Shown here piece after piece: positions 22,510-35,086 of a DNA stretch of 64,000 nt. The notes beneath the pieces are model-generated. The model was not told where the DNA came from. It made no database searches and saw only the letters and a list, made by a program, of their open reading frames with translations. The translations under genes and the position numbers were made by a program. Source of the DNA: Felis catus (taxonomy: Eukaryota); assembly GCF_018350175.1 (NCBI RefSeq), contig NC_058369.1:8062001-8126000 (forward strand), given 5' to 3'. Positions within the stretch are counted from its first letter, which is position 1, and the number at the start of each line of letters is the position of its first letter.

Positions 22510-23361
22510 GTTAATTTACATACCGTAAGCCCTGCCCATTTTTACTGTATAGCTCTCCTTTGACAAACAGCAGAGGTGTGTAACCATCACCACAATCAAC
22601 ACATGGAACCCTTCCGGGCCCCCCAGAAGTCCCCCTGTGCCCTTTTGTGGTCACTTCCTCTCCGCCCCCTGCACCGGGCACCTGCTCCTTGCCCGAGTTC
22701 CCCGTCCTATGGTTTTGGCTTTTTCGGATTCTTGTGTAAATGGACTCATGTAGCTTTTGAGCCGTGTTTCATTCTGCATAACAGGTTGGAGCACCATCTA
22801 GGCTGAATGCGTGAGCCATTCAGTCCTTTTTATTGCTGAGGAGGAGTCCTTCATGGTATGGCCGGGCCACTGTCTGTTGAACCATTCAACTAAAGGACAG
22901 TGCGTTGTCTCCAGTTCCTGGTGATTATGAATAATGCTGATAGAAACATTCTTGTGCGTGTCTCTGTGTGACTCATAAATAGGAGACATTTCGAGTTAAT
23001 TTTTGTATGATTTATGAGGTATAAACTGAGGTTATTTCTTTGCGTATGAATGTCCCATTGTGTCAGTATTGTCTATTGAAAAGACCTTCTTTTCCCCATT
23101 GAGGTTCCTGTGTCAGAAGTCAGTGGGCCATATTGGCATGGGTCCGTTCTGGATTCTCTTTTCTTTTTTTATTTTAGAGGGAGACCGCGAACACGAGCAG
23201 GGAAGAGGGGAAAAGGGAGAGAGAATCTTAAGCAGGCTCCACGCTAAGCATGGAACCTGATGCAGGGCTCACGACCTTGGGATCATGACCTGAGCCGAAA
23301 TCAAGAGTTGGACACTCAACTGACTGAACCACCCAAGCGCCTCTGGATTCTATTTTCTTTT

Positions 23362-23401
<40 letters not shown>

Positions 23402-23402
23402 T

Positions 23403-23446
<44 letters not shown>

Positions 23447-24350
23447 TATGTTAATTACTATTATTTGTGAGAGAGAGAGAGAGCGTGCGCGCGAGTGGGA
23501 GAGGGGCAGAGAAGAGAGGGAAAGAATCTTAAGTAGGTTCCATGCCCGATGCTGAGCCTGACTTGGGACTCCATCCCACAACAGTGAGATCATGACCTGA
23601 GCCAAAATCAAGAGTGGGGCACTTAGCCCGGGCGCCCCGATTTTTAACATTGATGTGTGTGTCTGTCCTTTGGGCAAAACCACATTTCTTTATTACTTTA
23701 TAATAAGTCTTTAAATCCTTTGTTATTCATTTTCAGAATTGTTTTGGCTAGTCTAGTTCCTTTGTCTTTACATAATAAGTTTTATTTATTTATTTATTTA
23801 TTTATTTATTTTTTAATTTTTTTTTCAACATTTTTTATTTATTTTTGGGACAGAGAGAGACAGAGCATGAACGGGGGAGGGGCAGAGAGAGAGGGAGACA
23901 CAGAATCGGAAACAGGCTCCAGGCTCCGAGCCATCAGCCCAGAGCCTGACGCAGGGCTCGAACTCATGGACCGCGAGATCGTGACCTGGCTGAAGTTGGA
24001 CGCTTAACCGACTGCGCCACCCAGGCGCCCCTACATAATAAGTTTTAGAATCAGCTTGTTGATTTCTCAAAAAGAAGAAAAATTCTCCATCTTGGCACAT
24101 GGAGAGCTTTGCTATTAGTATTTCTATCTGTATCTTCTTTTTTTTTTTTTTTAATTAGTTTATTTATTTTGAGAGAGAGTGAGCATGAGCAGGGGAAGGA
24201 CAGAGAGAGAGGGAGAGAGCGAATCCCAAGCGGGCTCCACACTGACAGTGCAGAGCCTGATACGGGGCTCGGAACTCATGAACCACGAGATCATGACCTG
24301 AGCCGAAAACCAGGAGTCGGACGCTTAACTGACTGGCCACCCAGGCGCCC
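22510..24350 (-). mobile_element. Old antisense L1 fragment interrupted by four minus-strand SINEs and a (CTTT)n tract (about 23357-23447)
   Basis: L1 phrases (tgtgtaaccatcaccacaatcaa; gagttaattttgtatga; ttttagaatcagcttgttgatttct); SINE heads at about 23342, 23638, 24031 and 24350. Confidence 0.75.
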
Positions 24351-25389
24351 CACTCTCTGTATTCTATCTAACATCACTACCCACCTGAACAAGGGCGGTT
24401 ATCTCCTCCTAAGTCTTGTACCTTCCGACCTCCCTCCCTGCCCACCCCAGGCGTTCTCCCTATAGTGGCTGTAGAGGGGTCCTATTGAGAATGTATTCTG
24501 CCTCTGCTCAGAACCCACCGTGGCTTCTCGTTCTCTCTGTATGAAAACTGAAGTCTTCGCTACCACCCGAAGGCCCTGCATGATCTCCTTGCGCCCCCAT
24601 CCCTCCTACCGCTCCATCACCTCTCTCCCCTCTCTCCCTCATCTGCCTCTATTTCTCCCTTACTTGTTGTGTTTTGTCTATACTGGGGTCCTCACTGTTC
24701 TTCAAACATGTGAAATACATTCCCTCCTCAGGGCCTTTGCACATGCCATTTTCTCTGCCTGGAAAGCTCTTTTCTTGAGATAACCTGATGGATCATCTGT
24801 CACCTCCATCAGGCCTGTGGTCAGATGTCTCCTCCTCAACAGGGCCTGCCTGGCCCCACTGCTAAAATGCCTCCACCCTGTTACTCCATCCTCCTGCCCT
24901 GCTTAATTTTTCTTGGAAGCACTTGTCCCTCCCTGTCATTGTTCTCTTTATGTATTTGGTTTATTGTCCACCACCACCCAGTAGAAGGTGAGCGCCCTCT
25001 TGGTGGGGCCTTGTTCCTGGGTGTGCCCCAGCCCTTTGCATGGTGCCTGGCGTGTATTCGATGCTCTAGAAACCCGTCTCCAGGTAAAGTAACCTTGGGT
25101 CTCAGCCACCGAGTGGTCCTCACTCCGCAGAGGCCGCTGAGTTTGCTGTGTGCCCCGCCACAACCTGGGCTCCTGCCCGGTTGGTTGCCCCTTGGAGTTA
25201 GGCCCAGTGGGGGAGGTACACACCAGCCAGGCACAGAGAAAACTGGAGGTGGTGACTAAGGTCAGGGTCACAGAGGGGCTGAGGCTGTGGGAGGGCAGGA
25301 TGAGGACTGGCCACAGTCAGGCCTGAGCCTTTCTGGGAGGGTTTGTGTGGGTGGGCAGTGGTTTTGTCTTAAAAAAAAATTAAAACAAA

Positions 25390-25659
25390 TTTTTTGTTCA
25401 CGTTTATTCATTTTTGAGAGACAGAGAACAGAGGGTGGGCAGGGGAGGGGCAGAGAGAGAGGGAGACAGTCTGAAGCAGGCTCCAGGCTCTAAGCTGTCA
25501 GCACAGAGCCTGATGCAGGGCTCGAACTCATTGACCGCGAGATCATGACCTGAGCCAAAGTTGGACACCCAACCGACTGAACCACCCAGGCGCCCCTATC
25601 TTATATATTTTTTAAATGTTTATTTTTGAGAAAGAGTGAGAGAGAGTACATACGTGCGC

Positions 25660-25713
<54 letters not shown>

Positions 25714-26088
25714 GAGAGAGATCAGGGGAGGGGCAGAGAGGGAGGGGGACATAGGATCCAAAGCACACTCTATGCTGGCCGTGGAGAGCCTGATGTGAGC
25801 CTCGAACCGACAAACCATGAGATCGTGACCTGAGCCGGAGTCGGACCTTAACTGACTGAGCCACCCAGGTGCCCCTTAAATGTTTTATTTTAAATATTTA
25901 CTTTGAGAGTGCATACACTTGTGAGCAAGGGGGGCCAGAGAGTGAGGGAGAGAGAGAGAGAATCCCAAGCAGGCTCTGTGCTGTCAGTGCTGAGCCCGGA
26001 ACAGGGCTCGATCTCATGACCATGAGATCCTGACCTGAGCCGAAATCACGAGTCGGTGGCTTAACCGACTGAGCCACCCAGGTGCCCC
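25390..26088 (-). mobile_element. Three tandem Can-SINEs
   Basis: Heads end at about 25596, 25875 and 26088; long (GA)n in the middle copy. Confidence 0.9.
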
Positions 26089-27800
26089 CGCAGCGGTTTT
26101 TATCTTAAAGATAGTTGATGGACTCGCTCCCTTGTTGGTACATGGGTTGCTTTTGTGCTTTTTGTTTTAAAATAGCATCTTTAACTGAAATATAATTCAC
26201 ATACCATAAAATTCCTCCTTTTAAAGTGTAACCATTAGGTAATTTTTAGCATATTCCCGGAGTTGTGCAACGATCACCACTAATTTCAGAACCTTTTCAT
26301 GCCCCCCAGAAGACTCTGTACTCATCAGCGGTCACTCCCCACCCCCAGCAACTTGCAACCACGAGTCTGCTTTCTGTCTATGAATTTGCCTGTTCTGGTC
26401 ATCTTGCGTAAATGGAATCCTACGTTACCTGGTTTCTGTGTCTTGGCTTCTTGTGCCACGTGTTCAAGATTCATCCTTGTCACAGCGTGTATGAGAACTC
26501 TATCCCTTTTCACGACTGGATAATATGCCATTGTACAGATGTGCACTTTTGGTTATTTGCTCCTTGGTTGACAGACATTTGGCTCTTTCGCTTCTTGGCC
26601 ATCAGAGAGAGTGCTGCTGGTGCACATTTGTGTGCAGATTGTTGTGTGCACATGTGTTCATTTCTTTTGAGTAGCTACCCAACAGTGGAATTGCTGAGCC
26701 GTATGGTGATCCTTCCGTTTAACCCAGAGAAACCCCTGGACAAACCCCAGAGAAAACCCCAGAAAAAACCACTGTTCTCCACGGTGACTGCACTGTTTTA
26801 TGTCTGACCCGCTCTGGAGGAGGGTTCTGGTTTCTCCAACTCCTTGCCAACACTTGTTACTATCGGTCTTTTTTAATTTAGCTTCCTCGGGGGGTAGGAA
26901 GTGGTGTTTTGTTCTTTTCTGTTCTTTTTTTTTTTTTTTAATTTCCCTAATGACTAATGTGTGCTTGATGGCCGTTTGTGCATCTCTGAAGAAATGTCTA
27001 TTCAGCTTCATTGTCCATTTTTAGATTGGGTTATTTGTCTCTTGTTGATTTGTGAGAGTTCTTTATATCTGGTGTCAAGGCCAGTCCCTTATGGGATATA
27101 TTTTCTTCCATTATGTGAGTTGTCTTTTTACTTTTTTCTTTTTTTTTTCAATGTTCATTTATTTATTTTTGCGAGAGAAAGAGAGTGAGCGAGCAGGGGA
27201 GAGGCAGAGAGAGGGAGAGAGGGAATCCCAAGCAGGCTCTGCGCTGTCAGCGCGAGATCACGGAGCGTGAGATCATGATCTGAGCCAAAGTTGGACGCTT
27301 GACCAATGCCCTTCTTTTTACTCTCTTGATAGTGTCCTAGAAGGAGACAAATTTTATTTTGATGAAATGCCATTTATATGGTTTTTCTTCTATCACTTAC
27401 GGTTTTGGGGTCATATCCAAGAAACTACTTGTCCGGTCCATGAAGGTCATGAAACTTTACTCCTTCCTGTATTGTCTTTTATAACACTTTTTTTCTTTTA
27501 TTTTTTGTCACCTAAATCTAAGCCTCCTGTGCTCCCTAAATGTGCCATGGAATAGGTTAGCTTGACACGAGGGCACCTCCACAACCTCAAGAAAAATTCT
27601 GCGCGGTGAGATATACAGTAAAACACCACGAAATCCCCAACCCAGTGGCACACCCCGTCTTAGGTATTTGGCTCTGAGAGACCCAAGGCTTAGCTGAAGA
27701 AATGCTACCCTTAAGTTTCAGATAATTGCACACTTCCCCTTTGGGCACAGTTGCTTACTTTACGTCTAAGAACTGTGGTCTGAGAAGCTGTAGATATCTT

Positions 27801-28266
27801 TTTCTTTTTTATAATTTTTTGGTGTTTACTCATTTTTTTTTTTAATTTTTTTTTTTTTAACATTTATTTATTTTTGAGACAGAGAGAAACAGCATGAACG
27901 GGGGGAGGGCCAGAGAGAGAGGGAGACACAGAATCAGAAGCAGGCTCCAGGCTCCGAGCCATCAGCCCAGAGCCGGACGCGGGGCTCAAACTCACGGACC
28001 ATGAGATCGTGACCTGAGCGAAATCGGACGCTCAACCGACTGAGCCACCCAGGCGCCCCAAGTGTTTACTCATTTTTTGAGAGAGAGAAAGAGACACACA
28101 GCGAGTAGGGGAGGGGCAGAGAGAGAGGGAGACAGAGAATCGGAAGCAGGCTCTAGGCTCTGAGCTATCAGCACAGAACCCGATGTGGGGCTCGAACTCA
28201 CGGACCGGGAGATCATGACCTGAGCCAAAGTCATATGCTTAACCGACTGAGCTGCCCAGATGCCCC
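27801..28266 (-). mobile_element. SINE nested in the tail of another SINE
   Basis: Outer TSD aagctgtagatatctt (27785-27800 and 28268-28283); inner TSD gtgtttactcattttt (about 27822 and 28062). Confidence 0.9.
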
Positions 28267-28375
28267 AAAGCTGTAGATATCTTAAAGAAAAAAAAAAAAA
28301 AGTCAAAATCTTACTAAGACAACCTAGAATTACACTGGCCATTATGGGGAATGTTCCAGTTAGGCAAGGTCATTC

Positions 28376-28840
28376 TTTTTTTTCCAAATTTTAATTAATT
28401 AATTAATTTATTAACATTCTTTTATTCATTTTTTTTTTCTGAGAGAGAGAGAGGCAGAGTGTGAGCGGGGGAGGGGCGGGGGCGGGGGGGGGGGGGGGGA
28501 GACACAGAATCCAAAGCAGTCTCCATGCTGTCAGTGCTTAAACTCCTGAACTGTGAGATCATGACCTGTGCTGTAGTCAGACGCTTAACTGATTGAGCCA
28601 CCTAGGCGCCCCTCAAATTTTTATTTAAATTCTAGTTAGTTAACATACAGTCTCATGTTGGTTTCAGGCATAGAATTCAGTGACTCATCACTTACATACA
28701 ACACCGAGCGCTCATCACAGCAAGTGCCCTCCTTAGTACCCATCACCCATCTAGCCTGTTACCTACCCACCTCCCCTCCATTGGCACTCAGTTTGTTCTT
28801 TATCTTTATAAAACTTTTTTAAAAATATTTACTCATTTTT

Positions 28841-28873
<33 letters not shown>

Positions 28874-29120
28874 CGCGCACATGAGTCAGGGAGGGGCAGA
28901 GAGAGAGGGAGACACAGAATCTGAAGCAGGCTCCAGGCTCTGAGCTGTCAGCACAGAGCCTGACGAGGGGCTCGAACCCATGAACTATGAGATCATGACC
29001 TGAGCTGAGGTCAGAGTCTTAACTGACTTAGCCACCTAGGCACCCCTGTTCTTTATCTTTAAAAGTCTCTCATGATTTGGTTCCCTCTCTCTTTTTCCCC
29101 TTCCCATATGTTCATTTGTT
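28376..29120 (-). mobile_element. 5'-truncated carnivore/felid L1 3' end, interrupted by two SINEs
   Basis: tttttatttaaattctagttagttaacatacagt...gtttcaggcatagaattcagtgactcatcacttacatacaacacc...caagtgccctcctta is the characteristic carnivore L1 terminus. Confidence 0.75.
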
Positions 29121-30266
29121 TCTTTTCTTTTTTTCTTTTTTTTTTTTTTTTTGAGCGAGAATGTGACTGGAGGAGGGACAGAGAAAGAGGGGGACAGAGG
29201 ATCTGAAGCAAGCTGTGTTACGACAGCAAAGAGGTCAATTCAGGGCTCAGACTCACGAACCATGAGATCATGACCTGAGCTGAAGTCAGATGCTTAACTA
29301 ACTGAGCCACCCAGGCATCCTGGTTTTTAATTTCTTTCAACAATGTATGTTTTGGTTTTTTTTTAGTTTTCAATGTACATTTTTTTACTTCTTAGATTAG
29401 ATTTATTCCTAATATTTTATTCTTTTTGATGCCTTTGTAAATGGAACTGTTTTTTTAATTTCACTTTCAGATTGTTCATTGCTGGTGTATAATAATATAA
29501 CTGATTTTTATATATTTATCTTTTATCCTGCAACCTTGCTGAACTCATTTATTGTCAAAACACAGGTTTTTTTTTTTTTGTGGGGTTTTAGATTCCTTAG
29601 CAGTTTCTGTAGACATGATCATGTCATCTGTGAATAGTTTCCTTCTTCCTTTGGATTTCTTTTTCTTGCTTAATTGCTTTGGATAGAACCTCCAGAACAA
29701 CGTTGAATAGAAGTAAGGGTGGACATCTTGTCTAGTTCCTGATCTTAGAGGGAAAGCTTTAAATGTTTTACCGTTAAATATGGTGATAGTTGTAGGTTTA
29801 TGAGGAAAGGGTTGTAGATTTTGTCAAATGGTTTTTCTATTCAGATAGTCATATAGTTTTGTTATTTACTCTTACTATGGTGTATTGTACCGATTCATCT
29901 TGGCATTTTTGGACCATTATGGCTTTCCTGGGATAAGTCTCACTTGGCTATGATACATGATATTTTTTATATATTGCTGGATTTGGTTTACTTGTATTTT
30001 GTTGAGGACTTTTTTGTGTGTCTATATTAATATGAAATATCAATCTGTTGTTTTCTGGTGGTTTTTGTCTAGCTTTGGTATCAGGATAAAGCTGGCCTCA
30101 TAGAACCAGTTAGGAAGTGTTCTTGCCTTTTCCAATTTTTTGGGGAGTTTGTGAAGGATCAGTGTTAAACCTTCTTTAAGTGTTTGTTACAATTTACCCA
30201 TGAAGTCATTTGGATCTGTGCTCTTTTGGGGGGGGGGGGAGTTTCTGAGCATAATTTCAGTCTCTT

Positions 30267-30718
30267 TGGGGAGCCTGGGTCAGTCAGTTAAGCATCCAAC
30301 TCCTGATTTTGGCTCAGGTTTCTGAGTTTGGACCCCGCTTGTGTGAGTTCAGGCCCTGTGTTGGGCTTTGTGCTGACAGTACAGAGCCTGCTTGGGATTG
30401 GTTCTCTCCCTCTCTCTCTGCCCCTTCCCTGCTTGTGCACACATGTGCTCTCTCTCTCAAAATAAATAAAACTTAAAAAAATTCAGTCTCCTTACTTGTT
30501 ATAGGTGTATTCAGATTTCTTTTACCTTTTTTTTTTTTTTAGGATTTTATTTTTGGGTCACCTGGGTGGATCCAGTAGGTTGAGCATCCGACTTTGCTCA
30601 GGTCATGATCTCATGATTCCTGGGCTTGAGCCCTGTGTTGGGCTCTATGCTGACAGCTCAGAGCCTGGAGCCTGCTTTGGATTCTGTGTCTCTCTCGTCC
30701 CCTCCCCTGCTTGTGCTT

Positions 30719-30756
<38 letters not shown>

Positions 30757-31088
30757 AAATGAATAAACATTAAAATTTTTTTTTAAGGAAGATCTTCTTT
30801 TTAAATAATCTCTATACCCAATTTGGGGCTTGAACCCACAACCCTTGGATTAAGAGTCACATGCTCAGGGTGCCTGGGTTACTCAGTCGGTTGAGCGTCC
30901 GACCTTGGCTTGGGTCATGCATGATCTCACAGTTCGTATGTTCAAGCCCCGCATCAGACTCTGCGCTGACAGCTCGGAGCCTGGAGCCTGCTTCCGATTC
31001 TGTGTCTCCCTCTCTCTCTGCTCCTTCCCCGCTTGCGCTCTGTTTCTCTCTCAAAAATGAAGATTAAAAAAAATAATAAAAAATAAAC
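30267..31088 (+). mobile_element. Three plus-strand Can-SINEs plus a short minus-strand SINE piece
   Basis: Heads at about 30267, 30553 and 30866, each followed by (CT)n and an AATAAA-containing A-rich tail. Confidence 0.85.
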
Positions 31089-34000
31089 ATAGGTGCCTAC
31101 ATCTATATAGGTGCATTTTCCTCTGCATGCTGCTTTTGCGGAAGCCTGTGAGTTTCGGCATTTTGCGTCTTCTTTTTCATTCCCCTCAAGATACTCTCTG
31201 ATCTCCCTTAGGTTTTCCTCTTTGACTTGCTAGTTACTGAGGAATGTGTTGTTTAATTTCCACGCGCTTGTGAATTTCCCCAAATTTCCTTTCGTTACTG
31301 ATTTCTGATTTCACCCCGTGTGGTCAGAGAACGTACTTTATGTAATTTCTGCCCTTTGACATTTACTGAGTCCTGTTTTACGGCCTGTCCTGGAGGATGT
31401 TGCACGTGCCCTTGATACGAATGTGTTCTCTGCTGTCGTTGGGTGGGGCGTGCTGTGCACGTTTGGTGGATCTCGTCGGTTTGTGGGGGTGGTGTTTCCT
31501 TGTTGACCTCTTGTTCAGTTGAAGGCGGGGGCCTGGCGTCTCCCAGCTGCCCTTGTAGACTCCCCTCGGTTTCCCTCGTCTCGTGCTCTTTACGACTGCA
31601 CGGTCGTCTCCGGTCCAGCCCCGCCGTGCCACGTCCACTCCCTGTCCCCTTCTGACAGGCCACGGGAGTGAGGCGACAGGCTTGCTTGTCTGCTAGGCCC
31701 AGGGCTGGTCCCTAGGAGGGGGCTGCTGTGCTGGGGGGGGGAGTAGATTTAGCATCGTCTAGCCCGATGTGCCGGGAGACACCGTTGCAACAGGGTCCTC
31801 CTGGAGGTGCCAAGGAATGTCTCCCTTTTTGCCATCGTCCCTACCGACCAGTCTTGTGGAGGAGGGCCCTACGTGTGCCAGGGACCGGGGCTCACGGGAC
31901 TCGTCCTTCTGATCCTCTGACAGCCTGACAGCGTGGGCACCGTTACTATCCCCATCTTACAGATGGAGAAACTGAGGTCCGGGGGAGAGAAGATCCTTGT
32001 TCAGGTCTCACAGCTGGACAGCTGCAGACTCTGTGCTTCCCACTGTCACGGACCTATCTGTCCCTACAGGGAGCGGTGACTGTCCGCCTTGTCCTCGGAG
32101 TTCAGGGGCTCCTTTCCATCTTCGTTCCGGTAACATGGGGTGTAATGACCAGGATGGTGCCGGCAGACCGGGATAGGAAGAAGCCGTCTGGGTTGGTGGC
32201 GGAGGATGCCGTCAGCTTATGTGCCTTTGGTCCAGGTGACCACACGTCTTTACGTTCAGTTTCCCCATCTGCGTCACGGGGTTGGCGAGAGCCCCTGTGA
32301 AGAGGGGGATGGAGACTTGTGTGCACAGGGCTCGGCTCAGTGTTTTGTTGTGTGCGCCCTCACAGATGCCGGCCCCTCTTACGGGTCACTCCTCAGCGGG
32401 CATGTACTGAGCACCTGTTGTGTGCCAGGCGCTGTGCCGGGGGTGGGGGGCCAGGCAGTGAACGAAGGAGACGGCTTAGAGTGGGGACCAGTATGCAGGA
32501 AGGAAGCTTGGAGAGGAGGCAGAGCCTGGCCCGGGGAAGCAGTTAGGGAACCTCTCCTGGCAGGCTCCGTCCAACCAGTGTCCAGAGGAAGAGTGGAGGG
32601 CTCTTTGGGGGCATCTGGTGGCGAAGGAGCCCGAGAGGAGGCATCAGTCAGCAGGGCCTGGGAGCGGGAGCGGGGAGGGGGGTGGGAGCCAGCGGACAAC
32701 GGCAGGGAAGTGATGGGGCGCTGGTGTTGGGCCTTGTGGGCTGCAGACAGGACACTCGTTTGTGTCCCAAGTTTGCTGGAAGACACAGGTGGGTTTTAAG
32801 AATGTGTGCGGCATGATCCGACGTGTTTGAAAAGCTGTCCCCGGATGCCAGGTCGAGAACACATGGGGCATGAGGACTGGGGGAGCATGGCTGTCCCAGG
32901 GGCTCAGCCTAAGGAGGTTGGGACCAAGCAGGGGACGAAGGCAGGATTTGCTGACAGATCGACTGTAGGAGGTGGGAAAGACGTGACCTGGGCAAGGGCG
33001 GTAAGGCCGTCCTGTCTCGTGTGACACTGTGGACCAGTCTGTCTGGACTGTTCCTCGTCCCGTCATCTGGGAGGGGCTCTGGGAAGAGGGTTGCGGAGGA
33101 CACACACCCGTTCTCCTACTTGAAGAAGGAGCCTGCCAGGAGGATGGTTCTGGAATGCTAGGAGCGTGGCGGAGCCCTGCCTGGCCTTCTTCCTGCCTAT
33201 TTACCAACATCCTGCCTCTGGCTTCAGTTGGGCCTCTTGGGTGGTGACACACGCAGAAGTAGGAATCCATATGTGGCTGACCTGCGGCACCTGCACTGTC
33301 TTCTGTCCCCATCGCACCTCATTTTATAGATGAGGACATTGGTCCCAAGACGTGCATGACCTTGCCACCGGGGTCACGCAGCTGACGTGGGGCAGGCTGT
33401 CTGCTGCAGGGTAGAGCAGTGAGGATGCTGAGGGGACCCGCCGGGGGGGCAGAGTCGACAGCTTGGGTTCCCAAATGCCAGTGTCTTTTCTGTCACCTAT
33501 GAAAATGCTGCTTGGCCGCCCCGTTGCTTTGGCACTCTTGGTACAACAGCAAAGGTAAAAATTAATATTTGCCTGTTACAAAAGTTATAAAAAAGTTACA
33601 GAAGACTGAAATTCAAGGCATGTGGGAGACCATGAAACAGGAAGTTTTTCCATTTGCATTCCATAACACGACTTCCATCGGGCCCAGGTGTCACCTTCAA
33701 GTTTGTTGTCCCCACACAGGCAGGAAATGGGCACAAGCGTTTAAAAATATTTGGAGGACATAGTCTGTTCTGTCCATCACACTTTGCTTTCAGCACTGTG
33801 GCCTGGATTCCCTCCTGGCCCGGTTCCAAGATTGATTGGGCCAGTTCCATGCGAGCGGACATCTAGGTGGTTAACGGATTTCACTCTGGAAAGCACTGCC
33901 GCAGGGAGAGGCCATCCTTGCAGAATCACTCGGGAGAAGGAAAACGGGGTGACGTGGAGGAGGGGTATCAGTAGGGGACAGTCAAGCCTCTCAAAAGAGT

Positions 34001-34857
34001 TGACATCTGAGTTGAATCCTGACTGACCAGAGGAAGCCAGGATTGTGAAGAGGCTCCGAGGAGATGTTCATTCCAGGCGGAGGGTCAGCACATGCAAAGG
34101 CCCTGCAGCAGAAATAGATTTGACCTGTTTGCTGTACCTTGACCAGCTGTGTGGCTCAGGGAGTGAGTGAGGTGGGGGTGAGGGCAGGGAGGTGACAGGG
34201 CGACTGCTCAGGGCCTTGGAGGCCATCGGGAGGACTTTGGAGCAGAGGAGGGTCACGGTCTGGTTCATATTGTGTCCAGTTTTCCCTCGATTGTGTAGGG
34301 CAGATGGTCTCTTTTTGGGCACCGTGGTAAGAACTTTGCATATCCTTCCAACTGCCTACCGTCTGAGGCAGATGACATCGTCCCCACTTAACAAATAACA
34401 AGTAAGGAAACTGAGGCACAGAAAGGTGACCAGACCTATGCAGATTGTCTAGAAAATAAATGGAAGCGCCTGGACTCCCGCTGGGGTCTGCAAGACCCAA
34501 GAGCCACGGCTGCTAGTCTCCATGGGCCCCTTCTGCTTTTGTTCCTGGCCTGGCCTCCAGATGAGACCATGGAGCCGGTGACACTGTGGCTGAGTGCCAG
34601 GGGTGGGGCTGGGCTCTGGAACCTGCAGGATTCCTGAGCAGGGAGGAGCCTGCTGGGAATTGTGAAGAGGTGGCACCCCGGAGTGGGACCCTGAAAGCCA
34701 ACAAGACGCTGGCCCGCCCGCCTCCACCTGAGCCCCAGTCTCCTCGTTGGGTCCTTCATCCCACAAACTGGTCACTTGCCTCATGCCTGGCTCTGTATTG
34801 AGAACTGAGAGATCGGAGAACGTGCCAGGCAGAGGACCCGGCTCCTATGGGCCTGCC

Positions 34858-35086
34858 ATTTTATTTTTTATTTATTTATTTACTTTTTTAGCGTTTATTT
34901 ATTTTTGAGACAGAGACAAAGCATGAACGGGGGAGGGTCAGAGAGAGGGAGACACAGAATCTGAAACAGGCTCCAGGCTCTGAGCTGTCAGCACAGAGCC
35001 CGACGCGGGGCTCAAACTCACGGACCGCGAGATCATGACCTGGGCCGAAGTCGGCCGCTTAACCGACTGAGCCACCCAGGCGCCCC
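34858..35086 (-). mobile_element. Can-SINE (SINEC_Fc type)
   Basis: Near-consensus body; approximate TSD atggg(c/g)ctgccatttta. Confidence 0.9.

Larger units (their letters stand above)
26165..31600 (-). mobile_element. Long, decayed antisense L1 (L1M-type 3' UTR plus ORF2 part) hosting many later insertions
   Basis: 3' end at about 26165 (ttaactgaaatataattcacataccataaaattc...ttaaagtgta); ORF2-region phrases at 29330-30220 and 31090-31560; interrupted by about ten SINEs and a younger L1 piece. Confidence 0.8.

Noticed and set aside
21411..31088. Regularly recurring repeats suggestive of a CRISPR-like array
   Set aside because: Units are about 200-bp SINEs with TSDs and irregular spacing, with no constant repeat-spacer period.
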